A stretch of 52,625 nucleotides of DNA, counting the filler, from Sphacelaria rigidula (Eukaryota): the NCBI GenBank assembly GCA_964200075.2. It is 3 parts of 3 records of this genome, joined end to end, with 100 filler letters (N's around TTAATTAATTAA, not from the genome) between each part and the next. Parts side by side here need not be neighbours in the genome. Positions count along the whole stretch, not along the records: positions 1 to 17,478 come from CAXNAA020001072.1; positions 17,579 to 35,052 come from CAXNAA020001073.1; 1 more part is not named here. The stretch is one strand, 5' to 3'. Both the position numbers and the translations under genes were made by a program. This document shows, one piece after another, positions 12,484-25,200 of the stretch. Position 1 is the first letter of the stretch, and each line of letters opens with the position of its first letter. The notes beneath the pieces were generated by a model. It was not told the DNA's origin. It ran no database searches and worked only from the letters and a program-made list of their open reading frames with translations.

Positions 12484-13584
12484 GATATATATCTGCCCGT
12501 GCTGTAGGGAATGTCCACACCAAAAATCATCGTCATCCGCTGAATGAATCGTTCCGGATTTCATGTAGATATTAGTACAGACGCTATCTCCGGCATAATA
12601 GAAATTACTAGACATGGGGCTTTAATCAACGAGAAAATATCTTCCAAGACTTTTGAGCAGATGCGCACCTTCCCCTTGATCGGTTAATACGATCATATGC
12701 GGATCACGGACCAACTCGTCTGTGTCGATGACATACTGCCCTAAGGTGCTTAAATCCGTTTCTAGGCTGGCCCAGCTCGCAAGCTATGTACTAAACACTC
12801 GAACCAAGTAATATCAACCATGGACATTTGTAGCCCTACCCCCGTGAACTCTACTGAGAAGATTATGGTTTGGGTATGTGGGTAATAAATAAATAAACTG
12901 TAGGGCACTAAAACCAAGAGAGACTCGAATGGACACACTACGAGTACTGAACATCGGAATACTTGTGTTTGGCAACCCCGACGCCTAAGCAAAAATCGAG
13001 CACAGAAGCATGGCGCCCTTCCAACATCAAATTTTGCCGACCTTGGGTGCGAGTGCTTGATGACAGTCCCGAGTGCAACTTCGAGTGAACGAGGGAGCGA
13101 TGACGGAGAACACCACGATGTGATTTATACTGTGTACCCCATCACCCATCATCTCCTCCTTCGCATCGGTGTATGCACCGCGGTGCCAGTCTCTATCGCC
13201 CGCAGGCCTTTGAACTGCTGACGCAGATCGCCATCTACGTGTGTGTACAAACACGGAGGTAGTATTGTACTGTACTGTATATAGTTTTCTCGGAGCAATC
13301 TGTTTTTTTTCTCACACATCATGTAGACCGGCGACCAGACTAGACGGGATGGCAACACTTCTGACTGTCTGTTCGAAGTTGAAAGTCAACCAATACTAAA
13401 ATAGTTTGATTTTGAGATGACCCGAACCGTTAGCCCGTCCAAGCCATAGGACAACCCTCGAGTGAGGGGGATGCCGGCGTTGCCAATTTGGACACAAATG
13501 CGTTCTCTATAATAGGAGCACTTGGGACTGTCGTCACCCTCACTAAAGATGCGAATTTCGGTGTTCAAGACTCAAGTCAAGTGT

Positions 13585-13937
13585 TGTCGGCCCATATATT
13601 CTGGACGCTGGTCTACACTTTTCTTCGGTGTATGTGGGGGCATCAGTCCCCGGAGTCACGCAGGAGGAAGGTCACCACACAGGAGTTTTTTGTTTGTTTG
13701 TTTTTTTCTCCATCTTCCTTTCGTGGTGCTTGTCTTTATTTCTTATCGCGCGAGGGGCTCAACCGTCACTTTCCCTCGTCGACCATTACAGGTCGAATTT
13801 TGTGTAAGTGCGCGACATCGTCGCTCTCTACTGTTGGGCATTATGTGAGGAGAAATCCCCGATCGCTCCGAGATTCGAACCCACGACCCAACCGTCGAAA
13901 GGTGTCGAGGTTACCATCTAAGCCACCGGGGCGACCG
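13585..13937 (-). mobile_element. tRNA-derived SINE, copy 1
   Basis: Head GGTCGCCCCGGTGGCTTAGATGG (A box) ... GGGTTCGAATCTC (B box); the ~350-bp body is shared with copies at 28024, 36725 and 45140. Confidence 0.8.
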
Positions 13938-16340
13938 CCTATGTTAAGTAAGAAGAATACTTCAATATCGCTCAAGTTGTATGAGTATCTCACCGGAGAT
14001 ATGGTATCTCAAACTCGTGGTTCCCGTGATAGATTTAATCGCATATTACTATGAAATTTACGGGGAATCTCGGGTTTGAGGTACCTCCACCAAGGGTGAT
14101 ACTGCAGCTGCATAGCTAGTGTGTGGGTCAACTGTTTGTTGAAGCACGCTGAGCCGAACACGGCTAACCCCCCGCCCCCGAGACAGGAGTAGATATGAAC
14201 TCATACATTTGCCGGGATGGGGTTGCGAACTTCACCGCGGCAGCAACTCGTTTACTTCCTCAAAGTGGAGATCGTGGCGTTTAGAAAAAGGGAACGGGTG
14301 CTGAAGTCGTTATGGGCAGCTCTTCTTGCTGCGGCGGTGCTGTCCCGTGGTGTACTTTGCTTTTCGAAACACTGACGATCATGATGCTGACTGGAACTCA
14401 AGCCCCAATTCAACGCAGGCCGAGAGTTCTTGGGCAAAGGGGTGCAGAGGGAGTTCTGCTTCCTCTTGCTCACGTCAGCGGCTGAGGCGTCTACTTCAGC
14501 CACAGCGCGTGATGCACACGTTGCGTGCTGTCCAAGCCCTTGGGAGTATGAGCATGAGCGTCCAGTCTGGAGTGGTCCGGATGTAATGATGGTCCGCACT
14601 TGGGGTACAAACAAAAAATATTGCAACCGTACGTCGTACTGTCCACTGGATTTCGGCGCCGACCTCCCGTGATGAAACTTTTCCAGTCCGTACTACAGCA
14701 GTACAAACTATACTGTACGAGCATACGTTTGCCCTTGTTCTGTTCTGTGGCACAGTACGGCGCGGTATATCGCTGGTAATGCTTTTCAAGTCGTGGCACT
14801 AGCAGTAAGTTATCGGCCGGGTGTCGGATGACGGGTGCCCGGTGTGGCGTCACCTCTCTAGTGGGGTCATCTTCACATGCACCCTAACCGCAAATGTGCG
14901 GGGATTTCGCGTAGTGGTCCAGGGTCGTTCTTATCGATAGGGTAGCTTAACCCTTCGAGCAATGAACCTCGTGTCGGTGCAAGAGTCGGTCGAGAGGAAA
15001 GTTTCGAACACGGAGCACCCTTCCCGCCCGCCCCCCCCTTCCGTAGAGCCATTTTCCTACATTTTTCCTGATTTTTTTTTTTTTTGTTTAAAGAAAAATA
15101 AACATTGACAAAAACTGAAAAGTCTGGTGGACTTTGCGCGGTTCGCATATTTGCTTCTGTTCCTTGCCCGCCGTCCTGTCCCGATGATCTCGGATGCTGG
15201 CAACGCTCACACGCATCTATGTACAATACACGAGCGCACGCTAGCGACAGCCTGTAGCCAAAGTAGCAACATTATCTCACGCCTCCCCAACTTAGCCCGG
15301 ACTAGTGGTAGATAGTCGAGGTACACGACACGGAACATGATCCCATATAATATTATCTGTGACATGGTAGGTGATGAGCTTGGAGCGGCGTGTCCGTCAT
15401 CTCAGCGATCTCCATGCTAAGAATCTCTGTACACGGCAGCTGGCCGCATCCGCCAACGCCTCGGCAATAAACTAGGGGACAGCAGGCTGGGTGTCCCCCC
15501 CCCCCGCCCCGTGCAAAAATTGAATTTTCGATCTTGGGGCCTACGCGTGTCCCGACATGTTGTTTTGACAGACCCTCGGTCGGTGTATAGTATTTCGGCT
15601 GACAACCCCGAGGGGTATGTTCAACCACGTATCGCACCGTGCTTTGTTTTTGTTCGAAAGACATGCAGTGGCAACTTTTAGAATGCTCCGTATGACAGCT
15701 GCCAGCGCAACAGCGCAAGGCGTCAACCCCATCATAACATCAGGCATTTACAAAGGCAACACACATGCACCTTTCGATCACGTGTGAGTGCGTGTTTGTG
15801 CACCATCTCCTCGTCGCATATTTTCTGGTAGCGGCTAACCCCCCTCCTAACTTTGTCTATGGTAGATACAACGAATGACGCATGCATGTTCCCTTGTGGC
15901 GCCCTTTTCGCCTTTTTCATCGGCTGACGGTACAGTGAAGCTGCACCTCTGTAGTGAGACCGAAGATGTTTCACCTAACCACACGCACGTCGATCACACA
16001 AGCGCAGCAGCTATTGTTGAGATCCAAGCCTCGGTATGCGCGCAAATACAACACAGACCTCTTGTATGCCCTCATCCGTGCCGGAAGATCGGACGCACCC
16101 CGCCGGAGTGCAAGCGTCGTTTCGCTGGCGTCCAAATAGGGAAGAAGACGGGCTGAAAAGCATGGCTGATCCGGGTGGACAACGCTTAGCCCCCTCGCGG
16201 GCTCCGAGTGTGCTGTTTATACACAGGTGCTGATCATGCACGCCCCCAGCCCCCACCAGGATATCGCTCACATCCTTCAGCAGGGGCTTCATCGGCATTA
16301 CTCCCACCGCAATCGCCGGGTGCATGACATAGGCGCTTAC

Positions 16341-16510
16341 CGCTGTCTTTGCCAGATACGGTGGGGGGGCAGGAGGAGAAGCCGCAGCAGCAGCAGCGGC
16401 GGCAGCAGAACCACCATTGCTACTGAAAAGCGGCAGCAGAAAGACGCCCGCGGCTGCCGGCATAACCATCATGAGATGACCAAAACGATGAAGCATGCTT
16501 CCTTGTTGTC
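16341..16510 (-). CDS. Candidate internal exon (poly-Ala/Pro), possibly the same gene as 9708-9821
   Basis: TTTGTACCCCCAG acceptor and GCG|GTAAGC donor; the only open frame reads QQGSMLHRFGHLMMVMPAAAGVFLLPLFSSNGGSAAAAAAAAASPPAPPPYLAKTA. Confidence 0.3.
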
Positions 16511-17384
16511 CTGGGGGTACAAAGCAGGTGATGCCTCTCACGTACACGCTGCCCTGTCGATCAGTGCTAAATCTGCTTGGTCCGGTTTCCGCACAGAAAA
16601 AACGAAATTTCCGGACACCGCACAATGAAGTCGGAAACCCGCAGTGGCAGCAAAGAACTGACGTCATCGACACATCCGTGACGGATGGTGAAAAATCCGG
16701 CAAAATCCGAAAAATGTGCGGCGGATTTGTGCATGAGACGCGTGACAAGATCTTCTGACCTTCTACGAAGATCGCATATCCGTGTCTCGCACCAAAGGGT
16801 ATGACATTCTGCCACACTCCTTGTCACGCACTCTCCTCGTCTTGCTGACTTGCTACTACGGAGCAGCGATTCATTGCGGTCTCGCAGACGACGCATATTG
16901 GTTGTCAAGCTTAATGCTTGCTTGGTGTTGGGAGACATTCTCCACCGAAAACCTGGACCACTGTAGATTGCCCCTGCTGCGTCTCGAGGAACAAGCACGC
17001 CAAGCGGTCAATGACGCAGGCGCTCGATGTGGTGTTCAGCGTGCGAATACGATACGTACATCCGGCAAGGAACGTTATAGCATTAATGGGACCTTTTTGT
17101 CGAGCGAGTGTTTGCATGATAGGTGCTCGAACGAGGGAATATACATGTTGTGTAGAAGGTTAACTCGATTCCTTGTCATTGACATCATTGCATGCATGCG
17201 CACGGAATAAAGACACAAACACACCGGAGGGTCACCTCCAGCGAGTGAGGAACGCGGTCAGGCCAGCTGACTGTACTCATCGCTACATAGCCATGCCCCA
17301 TACAATCCTCAGACTACAGTACCCACCCGTAGATTTTAATCTCGGACCGCTTATCCCGAACAACGAACTTTCCCACTTTTTCCG

Positions 17385-17415
<31 letters not shown>

Positions 17416-17478
17416 TCCCAACAAGTTAAGTCTGCGAGTTTTTTTACGCTTAAATCGGGGGGGGGGGTGTGGAGGTTT

Positions 17479-17578
17479 NNNNNNNNNNNNNNNNNNNNNN
17501 NNNNNNNNNNNNNNNNNNNNNNTTAATTAATTAANNNNNNNNNNNNNNNNNNNNNNNNNNNNNNNNNNNNNNNNNNNN
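17479..17578. other. Artificial contig linker (N44-TTAATTAATTAA-N44)
   Basis: Exactly 100 bp; the core has stop codons in all six frames; identical to the linker at 35053-35152. Confidence 0.97.
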
Positions 17579-18240
17579 CCATCTTAATATTCTGTTCTTT
17601 TCCATGAAATTTCGACATGATGTTCTGGACTTTTTTGTCAACGCTCCTTCGTTCCCCCGAGTACGCCCCCCCCCCCCCGTGTGTTTTTTTGTTTTTCTTC
17701 GTGAGTTATTGGCAACGGAACATTTCAGAACGTTTTTTTTCCGGAACAAAATTGCCGATAACTCACGAAGAAAAAAAATAAAACGCAGGAGGAAAGATTC
17801 GGTATCTGCACATACGTCCTGTACATCGTGTCAAAATTTCTTCGAAAACAGCTTGAAGATGAACAGCATAAATGCGTTTGAATTATTGGTAACTGGTCCA
17901 CCTCCATATACTCTGGTAACCCGTTGTCGACGGAATGACGCATTTTCTTCGCTCAATTTTGGATCGTTTTCGATGAAGTTTTGACATGATGTACAGGACG
18001 TTTGTGCGAATACCGAACCTTTCTCCCTTCCTCTTTTTTATTTCCTACGTGAGTTATTGGTGACGAAAAAATCAGAAGAGTTTTATTCGGAACAAAATTG
18101 CCAATATCTCACGAAGAAAAAAAAACAAAACATAGGGGGAAATGTTAGGTATTCGTTGGGTATTCGCACATACGTCCTGTACATAGTGTCGAAATTTCAT
18201 CGAAAACAACCCAAAATTGAGCGAAGAAAATGCGTTTCCA
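17579..18240. mobile_element. Two tandem fold-back MITE copies (~300 bp each)
   Basis: 17937-18237 is palindromic (CGCATTTTCTTCGCTCAATTTTGG...TGTACAGGACG vs CGTCCTGTACA...CCAAAATTGAGCGAAGAAAATGCG); 17579-17880 is a diverged copy cut at the contig edge. Both would lie in intron 1 of the proteasome-like gene. Confidence 0.7.
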
Positions 18241-18631
18241 ACATTCCTGGTGGCTTCTTGGACGGTCCAGCTTGTAGTACTCGAGATAAACTCAATTTTT
18301 TTTAAACTACGCTCGAACTACGTACGAGTACCAATTCCGCATACTTTTGACTTTTGATGCCGACCGCTTAGTGTCGGCTTAGGTTGGCAGCAAATGGGTG
18401 GCAGTGTTCCCTCGCCTGTACCTGATCGTCACATTTGTCCTTTTCGACAATACCGTACTTCCACTCCAGACAGTGCAATATAGCACAGCACTTGTATAGC
18501 CAGTTATACAGCACAGTACAGACAATGCCGTGAGGCAAGCTATCAGACAGTCGCTGCATGTGCTGTGTTTTCCACACAAAACGCGTCTTGTATCCACGGT
18601 GGAAGTTGTACTCAAGCAGGGGAGATCTCAC

Positions 18632-18850
18632 CAAAACCGCGTTTGACGCATACTCGATTTGGGTCAAGCTCCCACGAGGGCTGAAGGTCGTCAGCGAGAA
18701 CGAGTACGGTGTGTCGTCCCTGCTTATAGCTCCTCCTCGGATTGCCCAGGCTGCACCTGTCGAAGCTGACCATCGTTGAGATGTAGATATCGCGTTGGCA
18801 AATGCTAAGGCAGAGACCCAGAAACCCCAGTGAATCCAATACAGCAGCAT
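18632..18850 (-). CDS. First exon of a 20S proteasome alpha-2-like subunit with an N-terminal signal/transit-like extension (remaining exons not found on this contig)
   Basis: ATG at 18850; 73 codons MLLYWIHWGFWVSALAFANAISTSQRWSASTGAAWAIRGGAISRDDTPYSFSLTTFSPRGSLTQIEYASNAVL, then a GTGAG donor. YSFSLTTFSPxG.L.QIEYA..AV is the proteasome alpha N-terminal signature and is closest to alpha-2 (PSMA2). No downstream proteasome exon was recognised before the contig start at 17579. Confidence 0.8.
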
Positions 18851-19259
18851 GTCGACAACACACCACCCACAGTTGAAGACCCCTACGTCTCTTGTTCAGT
18901 TCCTCGATTTGATTTTCTGTAGTTCTAGTAGTGCTAGAGCCGCCATAAACTGGCGTAATGGACCGCGACCCAGTCTACATGGGAAGATAGCACCGCGCTT
19001 CGGAGGGGGAGCGGCGCTACTTCCGGAATCTTCAGTCACATTCGATTATAGTTGTGTAGTACCCGTTGTTGCATTTCGGGGTTTTCGTAGTGAATAGTTG
19101 GCACCAAGAATTTTCAAAATTATAAACAACGGGCAAACCTCACGACGACGACACAACAAGCATCACATTCGGAGTTTAGCAATCAACACCCGTGCTTCGG
19201 CAGTCCTTGATTTGTAAGTGGACACCTGTATCTTTGATAACCTTTGGGAAAGTCATCTA
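18851..19259. promoter_or_regulatory. Putative bidirectional promoter / 5' UTR region between the proteasome-like gene (-) and CDC45 (+)
   Basis: Two divergent ATGs (18850 minus, 19260 plus) are separated by only 409 bp that contain no recognisable repeat. No specific motif is claimed. Confidence 0.5.
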
Positions 19260-22200
19260 ATGCTGCTGGATCAGGCACGCCTGGATTTTGCTTACGAGCA
19301 AATCGTTCAGGATGCCGCAAAGGCTCGGGGAGCGTGCACCGTCATGGTGTTCGTCGCTCCCAACTGCGATGCCATGTGTGCATGCCGAATTTTGTCATAC
19401 ATGCTTCGTGCGGATGCGGTATCGTACAAGATCAAGCCGGTTTCTGGTTACGGTGATATAGCTGCCGCAAATGAAGATCTCATCAGGGTGAGCGCGACCG
19501 CTTGCAGTACGAGAAGTCGAGAGTGCCGCGGATAGTCAGCACCGATTCATCCACCGAAAGTTCATCAGTGATGTTCTCACCATGGCACACCATCGCGTAC
19601 GAGGAGCGGGTTGAGCAGCGAGGCAGTGGGCAAATAAGGAGTTGATGCCATACTGGCCCGTTGGATGTGTTGCTTCAAGAGTTGCCACGGTATGATGCGT
19701 TCCTCGGCGCATCTGCTACTCATGAGCCCGCTCGAAATGTTCAGGGGTAGATATCTCTCGCAGCTCAGAGATATGCGCCCTAAACCTTGTTTTTGAAAAG
19801 TTTAGCCCGTTGTACCTGTGTACAGTAGCAACTCGTGACGGTACAGGAGTAGTAAGCGCGGTATATCTCAAACACCCCATGAGACAAGTCACTTAGTCTC
19901 CTTGCCCTTGCCTGTCTTGCTTTCCTGGTTTTGGGGTCGGTTCATCAGGGTAATGAAGACATCCGCAGTGTGGTGATGATAAACTGCGGCGCTATCTGCA
20001 ATGTCGTCGACCTGTTGTCCCACTTGTCACCGGAGGCGTACGTCTATATCATCGACAGTAACCGCCCTATCCACCTGGCCAACGTCTACCCACGAAAAGA
20101 CAGGTATAAACGTACTACCTCCATCACAGGGCATTTTGCTGTACTGTTGTACTGTCGGATTCACTCAGCCGCCCTGATCGTGAGAAATATTATTCATGAT
20201 GATTGGGGCCCGGGCACGACTCTCATCTCTTCTGTCACTCGAAATATCGATACCTACAAGTAACCTACACTAAATATTCAATAGTTGGGATACTGTAAAC
20301 CGTTCGAGAATCCGGGACTGCTGCTAGTCCCGACGGTCCCGTGGAGGATGACAAAGTCGTGGACAAGAAAGACCATCGCCGGATGCTCGGGCGCTGAAAC
20401 GAGTTCACGTGTTCTCTTATTTGACCAAAATTATGGCAACAGCCATGGTTAAGCAGCCAAGTGGGGGTTTTGTTTCACTCTGGCTTGTGTTCGTGCAATA
20501 TTTATTGTGAAAAGTATAGCTGCGCCCTGTACACCTTCGTATTCCGCTAGCGTTATCATCGATGCTTGCGACAGCAGAGATGCATACGTGATTGCAGGGC
20601 AGCTAACTGCTGAAATAGTGGTGAAGTGTAATCATGCGCAGGAGGGTGCACGGGCGATAAGCGTGTAAATAGATAGCCTAGCGGTCCCGGATCCCTTGTT
20701 TATATGAAGGCGTTGTCTCGCTCACGAGAACAAACGATTCTGAGCCCTCGGCAGAGGGGAAATAGAACAGGTAATCTTTTGACCGTCAGGGTGGATCATC
20801 TTGGGCTTGTGGTCATTCGCAAGCGAAGAAATCGTTTCAACAAGTAGTCCACCCTGGTAGCCACAGGGTCAACACTCAGCGATTACCACGCGTGTATTTT
20901 GCGACATGAGAGTTCTGTTGTGTTTCATGCCACGTCCATGGAGAGATGTCGATGACACCGTCAACACAGTTATGGGTTCCGATAAGGTACATTTCATCGC
21001 GGGCGTTACCCACCTTACTCTGTCACAGCTACGTAAATGATGTGCATGTGCAGAATACATGTACAGGGAAATATATTCTATAGCAGTCTGTCAAGGACTG
21101 AATACCCCCCCAACAAAGGAGTATGCTAGAAAATTAGTCTGGTCGTTGATATGTCGAGTATTTTTTCGAGATCACCACAACCAATTAGGGACTTGTACGC
21201 TTATCCACGTGCATTTCGATGACGTGGTTTCATTCGCATCGTGACATCTCTCGTGAGTCGGGTGAGGTGAATGCACGGCGTTCAGTGTAACGTTGGCGCG
21301 CAGCAGTGCATGGGATAGGTTCGTTGACCTGTATGGCCACCATGACCCCCGAGACGACCTGTTTTTACTTCAGCACCTACAACACTATTTTCCAGTCTCC
21401 GGCGTGATCCCGGCAAGTGAAAACAAAACCCCTCGTCATGTGTTTTCCCCGGCTTTACTGATTTTCTTCTCATTGTAACAAAGAGTGGTGGTGTTCGTTG
21501 ACGAGGCCAACGGGGATGTCGACAACATCCCAAGCGACGGAGAAGGTCTAGACGGAGATGACGACACCAGCGATGAGGAGTCTGAAGTTGACAGCGATGT
21601 AAGTAGCACTGAGTGTTCAGCAGCGATGTCTTGACAACTCTGGTCACAGTCACGCTGTGATATCGCTGTATTTGCAGCCATTGCTCGAGGATGATCTTGG
21701 ATGCGGAGAAGATTTGTCTAGCGTTCCCATATGTAGTACTAGTCTGTACGCAATTCAGGTGCTTGCTTAATTGCGCCCGTTCTGTCTTCCTCCTAAAGAG
21801 AGGTTATGTCATGCTACATGTAACTCTACAAGAAACTGATATCCCTCGTCAGTCCGAATACGCACCCTTCAAGCGAATGTGTAGGCTACAAGATCAAATT
21901 TGGTTCAGAGGGTGCTGTAAAGTAAAGGCGGTATGTAGAGCAGGACGTCTGCGCTGGCTTCCCTCAGTATCTTCGCCCACCACATCTCGTTAGAGACACG
22001 AACGAGGTCTGTGCTCGAGGCTCAGACTAAATCAGTATATTAGCGACTGGTGTAACCGTGTTTCACTCTTGGCGTGTTGCAACAAATATCACAAGTCATT
22101 TGCCATTCGTGCCAACTTCATCGACAGGAGGAAGAGCTGCGGAGCAATGAAAGCGACGGTGATGATACAGACGACGAAGACTCGGATGATGGCGAAGGTG

Positions 22201-25200
22201 TAGCAAGGCCAGAAGATAAGGAGAATCTGTCGCCGAATCGCTCAGATCGTTCAATCTCAGGCAAGGCCTCGGATAAACCGGAGGCAGAAGATTCGCATAG
22301 GCGTAGGGGAAGGAAACGAAAGCGTCAGGCGGAGACATCCGTTGGCGTAGCGCGAGACGTGGCGGCGGCGAGGCGACTGCGCATTCGGCAGTACTACAAT
22401 GGAGCGACGCATAGCTCTGCTTCAGCTGTTCAGCTCTTCGCCATGGCGATGCAGGTGGCTACGAGAGCACTTGCATGTTTTGGGTTGTTTGTCCGGTTCC
22501 AATATATATATATATATATATGCGATTGATGGCAAACCGTTGCATGCCAAGCAATCTTCAAGCTTTGAATGTTCGCTGTTCACAATTGCGGGAGAGCCAC
22601 GATTGACTTGGAAGCGTGATCTCGCCCGTATTTCCAACACGCAGATGTGTCCGGCATGTATGAAACATGAACTGAAATTGAAACATGACAAAGGTGGTGG
22701 CTGCTGTTGATGCGCATTTATCAAGTTTGGGCATCCTGCTAAAACAGAACGACGGCCGACATGGCGGCAGGGATGTCAACTCATAGTCGTGATGATTTTC
22801 GACCTTTCGGTACAATAAAAGAAGTGTCCACTTCAACAGAGTACATGATCTGTGTTGCCGTCTGCTGATGACTGTTATGGGGGTGATGGGGGCCATAGCG
22901 ACAAAAAAACCGTGGGCAAAAAATAAACGTAAAACGCGGAGGAATGATGAGGAATAATGAAGACGCCATCGACTGGCCGCATCTGCTGTGCCGAACCTCT
23001 GCAGAACCTGTGCCGAACAGAACACACGCTCCATCCCAAATCACCAAGGTTTAGTATGCGACAGCTGTAATTTTTTCCATCGCGTCGTTCCCGAGACAGG
23101 AAGCAAAGCGGACCGGCACTTCACAGCCCCCCGCATCCACACCAGACCTAGTAACACGCGCGGCCGATTTGCTCAATTCGCCACAGCGGACCCGAAAAGC
23201 CCCAAGACGTTGAAGGACAAGCGTTTTGCAGTACATTTTGTGTTTAGTACAGCGGTTTGCAGAGTGCTGCGGCCTCTGCGGCACGCTCACGGAAATCTGC
23301 CCCGCGAGTGACTAGGTCTGGTGTGTGGAAAGCACACGTATCAAGCCGCAGTCCAATACTCTTGGTTGCCGAGAAAACTGCGTTGAAGGATCGACACAAG
23401 CAACATACTGCAACAGAAGGGGCACAACAACACGAGCAGCAGTTTCTATCCTCCTGTTGTTGTGCCCCTGCGTACAGGTGTACAGCAACATCAGTGACAG
23501 GCTTGTCGTAAAATGTACTGTAATAATAGTAGATTTCATATCAGCGAGGTCGTTATTTGGAAGTAACGCGTGAATTTGTGATGGTTGGCTCCACTACGAG
23601 CCATTTTTTCTGCAGAGAGGGGTCGGTGTACATTTTCCCGATATGTAGTGCCCAAAATCGGCCCTCATTCACCCCCAAACTGTATCTCAGCCACTTTAGC
23701 CGTCCCTTTTGTTCGCGTGCCTGTCGTCCTCACAGCTCAACAAAGACACGAACGACCTTCTATGGCTGGCTATTGTGGGGCTGACTGACCAGTACATCCA
23801 CCAGGTAACACAGAACCGTGACCGTGTATCATCTGAAACTCACCTCTTGATAGCATTTTGTACACCTTCCAATGGGATAGCATAGTTGCTCTTGCAATGC
23901 GTTTGGCCATTCGACATCGTTACCGGCAAACCTACGGAAGAGTTTATGGCTATCATATTTCCGACCTTCGGGGTAGCGCCGTGCAGTTGTATGAGGGTGA
24001 CTAGCCGGTCCCGAGATCTGTTGAAGGCCACTGGGCGTAATATGATCAATTACGCCCGCCCTTCAATTCGGCCATGTCGCTCACCGTCCGCAGAAAATCG
24101 ACCAAGACGTTTATCACCTGGTGGTGGCGCAACTGCAGCAGCATGTCGTTGCCAAGAATAGCAAGACCAGCATGGAGACGAGTTCCGCCGATGGGAAAAC
24201 ACTGGTGCCGGTATCGGAGATAGGACGAATAACCTGTGACATGGAGTTTCGGTTCATGTTGCACCGCCACTGGTCACTCTACGAGGTGCGCATGCCGTAA
24301 TCAGCCGCGGTGCTGATATGATACAGAGCGAGAACTATCTCCTGCCGTCGAAGGCACTCCTGACCACCCCTGTTGCAATCAGTACAGTTTGACAACAAGA
24401 ACACAACGGATACATTCAGACACCCGTTCGAGAGGGTTGACCGGTCCGTCTGCACATACCCTAGAGCGTGGTGATTTCATGTCCCGGAGTCGATCGTGTC
24501 AAGGCCAAAAGCTAAGGAAATTGGCGCCAGCCGCAAATTAAGGTACCAGCGTGTAGATTGAGAGTGAGAGTTGACAAACTCAAAGAAACAAAGATTTCAC
24601 GATCAGCCGCAGGCAGCACTCAAGATGCGTTTCGAAATGCAAGCATTTTTTGTGAGTTCGATCTTTTCGTGCTGAAAGAAACGTGTTTTCCGTAACATCA
24701 CGAGTCATCTGTACTACATTGCCTGCATCGCACTAATCGAAAGGCCGAAGACCATCACGCTGTTATGGCCAGGGGTAGGTACCTGTAGATGGCGTCAGTT
24801 CGGCTCCGGCTGCGTCACGTGTCGTGCACGCAAACGAAACGTATACTGCACAGGCTGTACTGCATTGTACTATCTGTAAGTAGCGCTCGCCTGCGAAATA
24901 TGATGTATGAGTGTAGCGCGGCGTTTGTTCGTGTATGTGCTTTGTGCTTTGTGCGATGGTTTCTTTCAAGTGCTGATGCCGAATATGTGACCTCGTCCTC
25001 GCAAAAGTGCACTGTTTCGCATTCATGCCATTCAGTTATGTATTCTGCGCAGAAGTTAAGATGGCGGGTCCAACTCGCCTGTGGCCAAGCTGTGATGGAA
25101 GGCTGAACGGTTATCTATGGGGTTTAATTCGTACTTTTAATTTTTCCATGGAGCACCTACGAGGGTGGTCCTCATGAACTGTAGATTCCTGATGGGGAAG

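Noticed and set aside
13140-15960. A full gene model linking candidate minus-strand exons in contig 1
   Set aside because: The phases of the candidates near 13150-13235, 14240-14608, 15350-15470 and 15850-15950 could not be reconciled, and no homology was recognised.
17523-17534. TTAATTAATTAA as a biological motif (also 35097-35108)
   Set aside because: It is centred in N-runs of identical length, so it is an assembly linker.
18368-18631. Continuation of the 160-aa ORF as proteasome sequence
   Set aside because: Similarity ends at the GTGAG donor; the rest is intron read-through.
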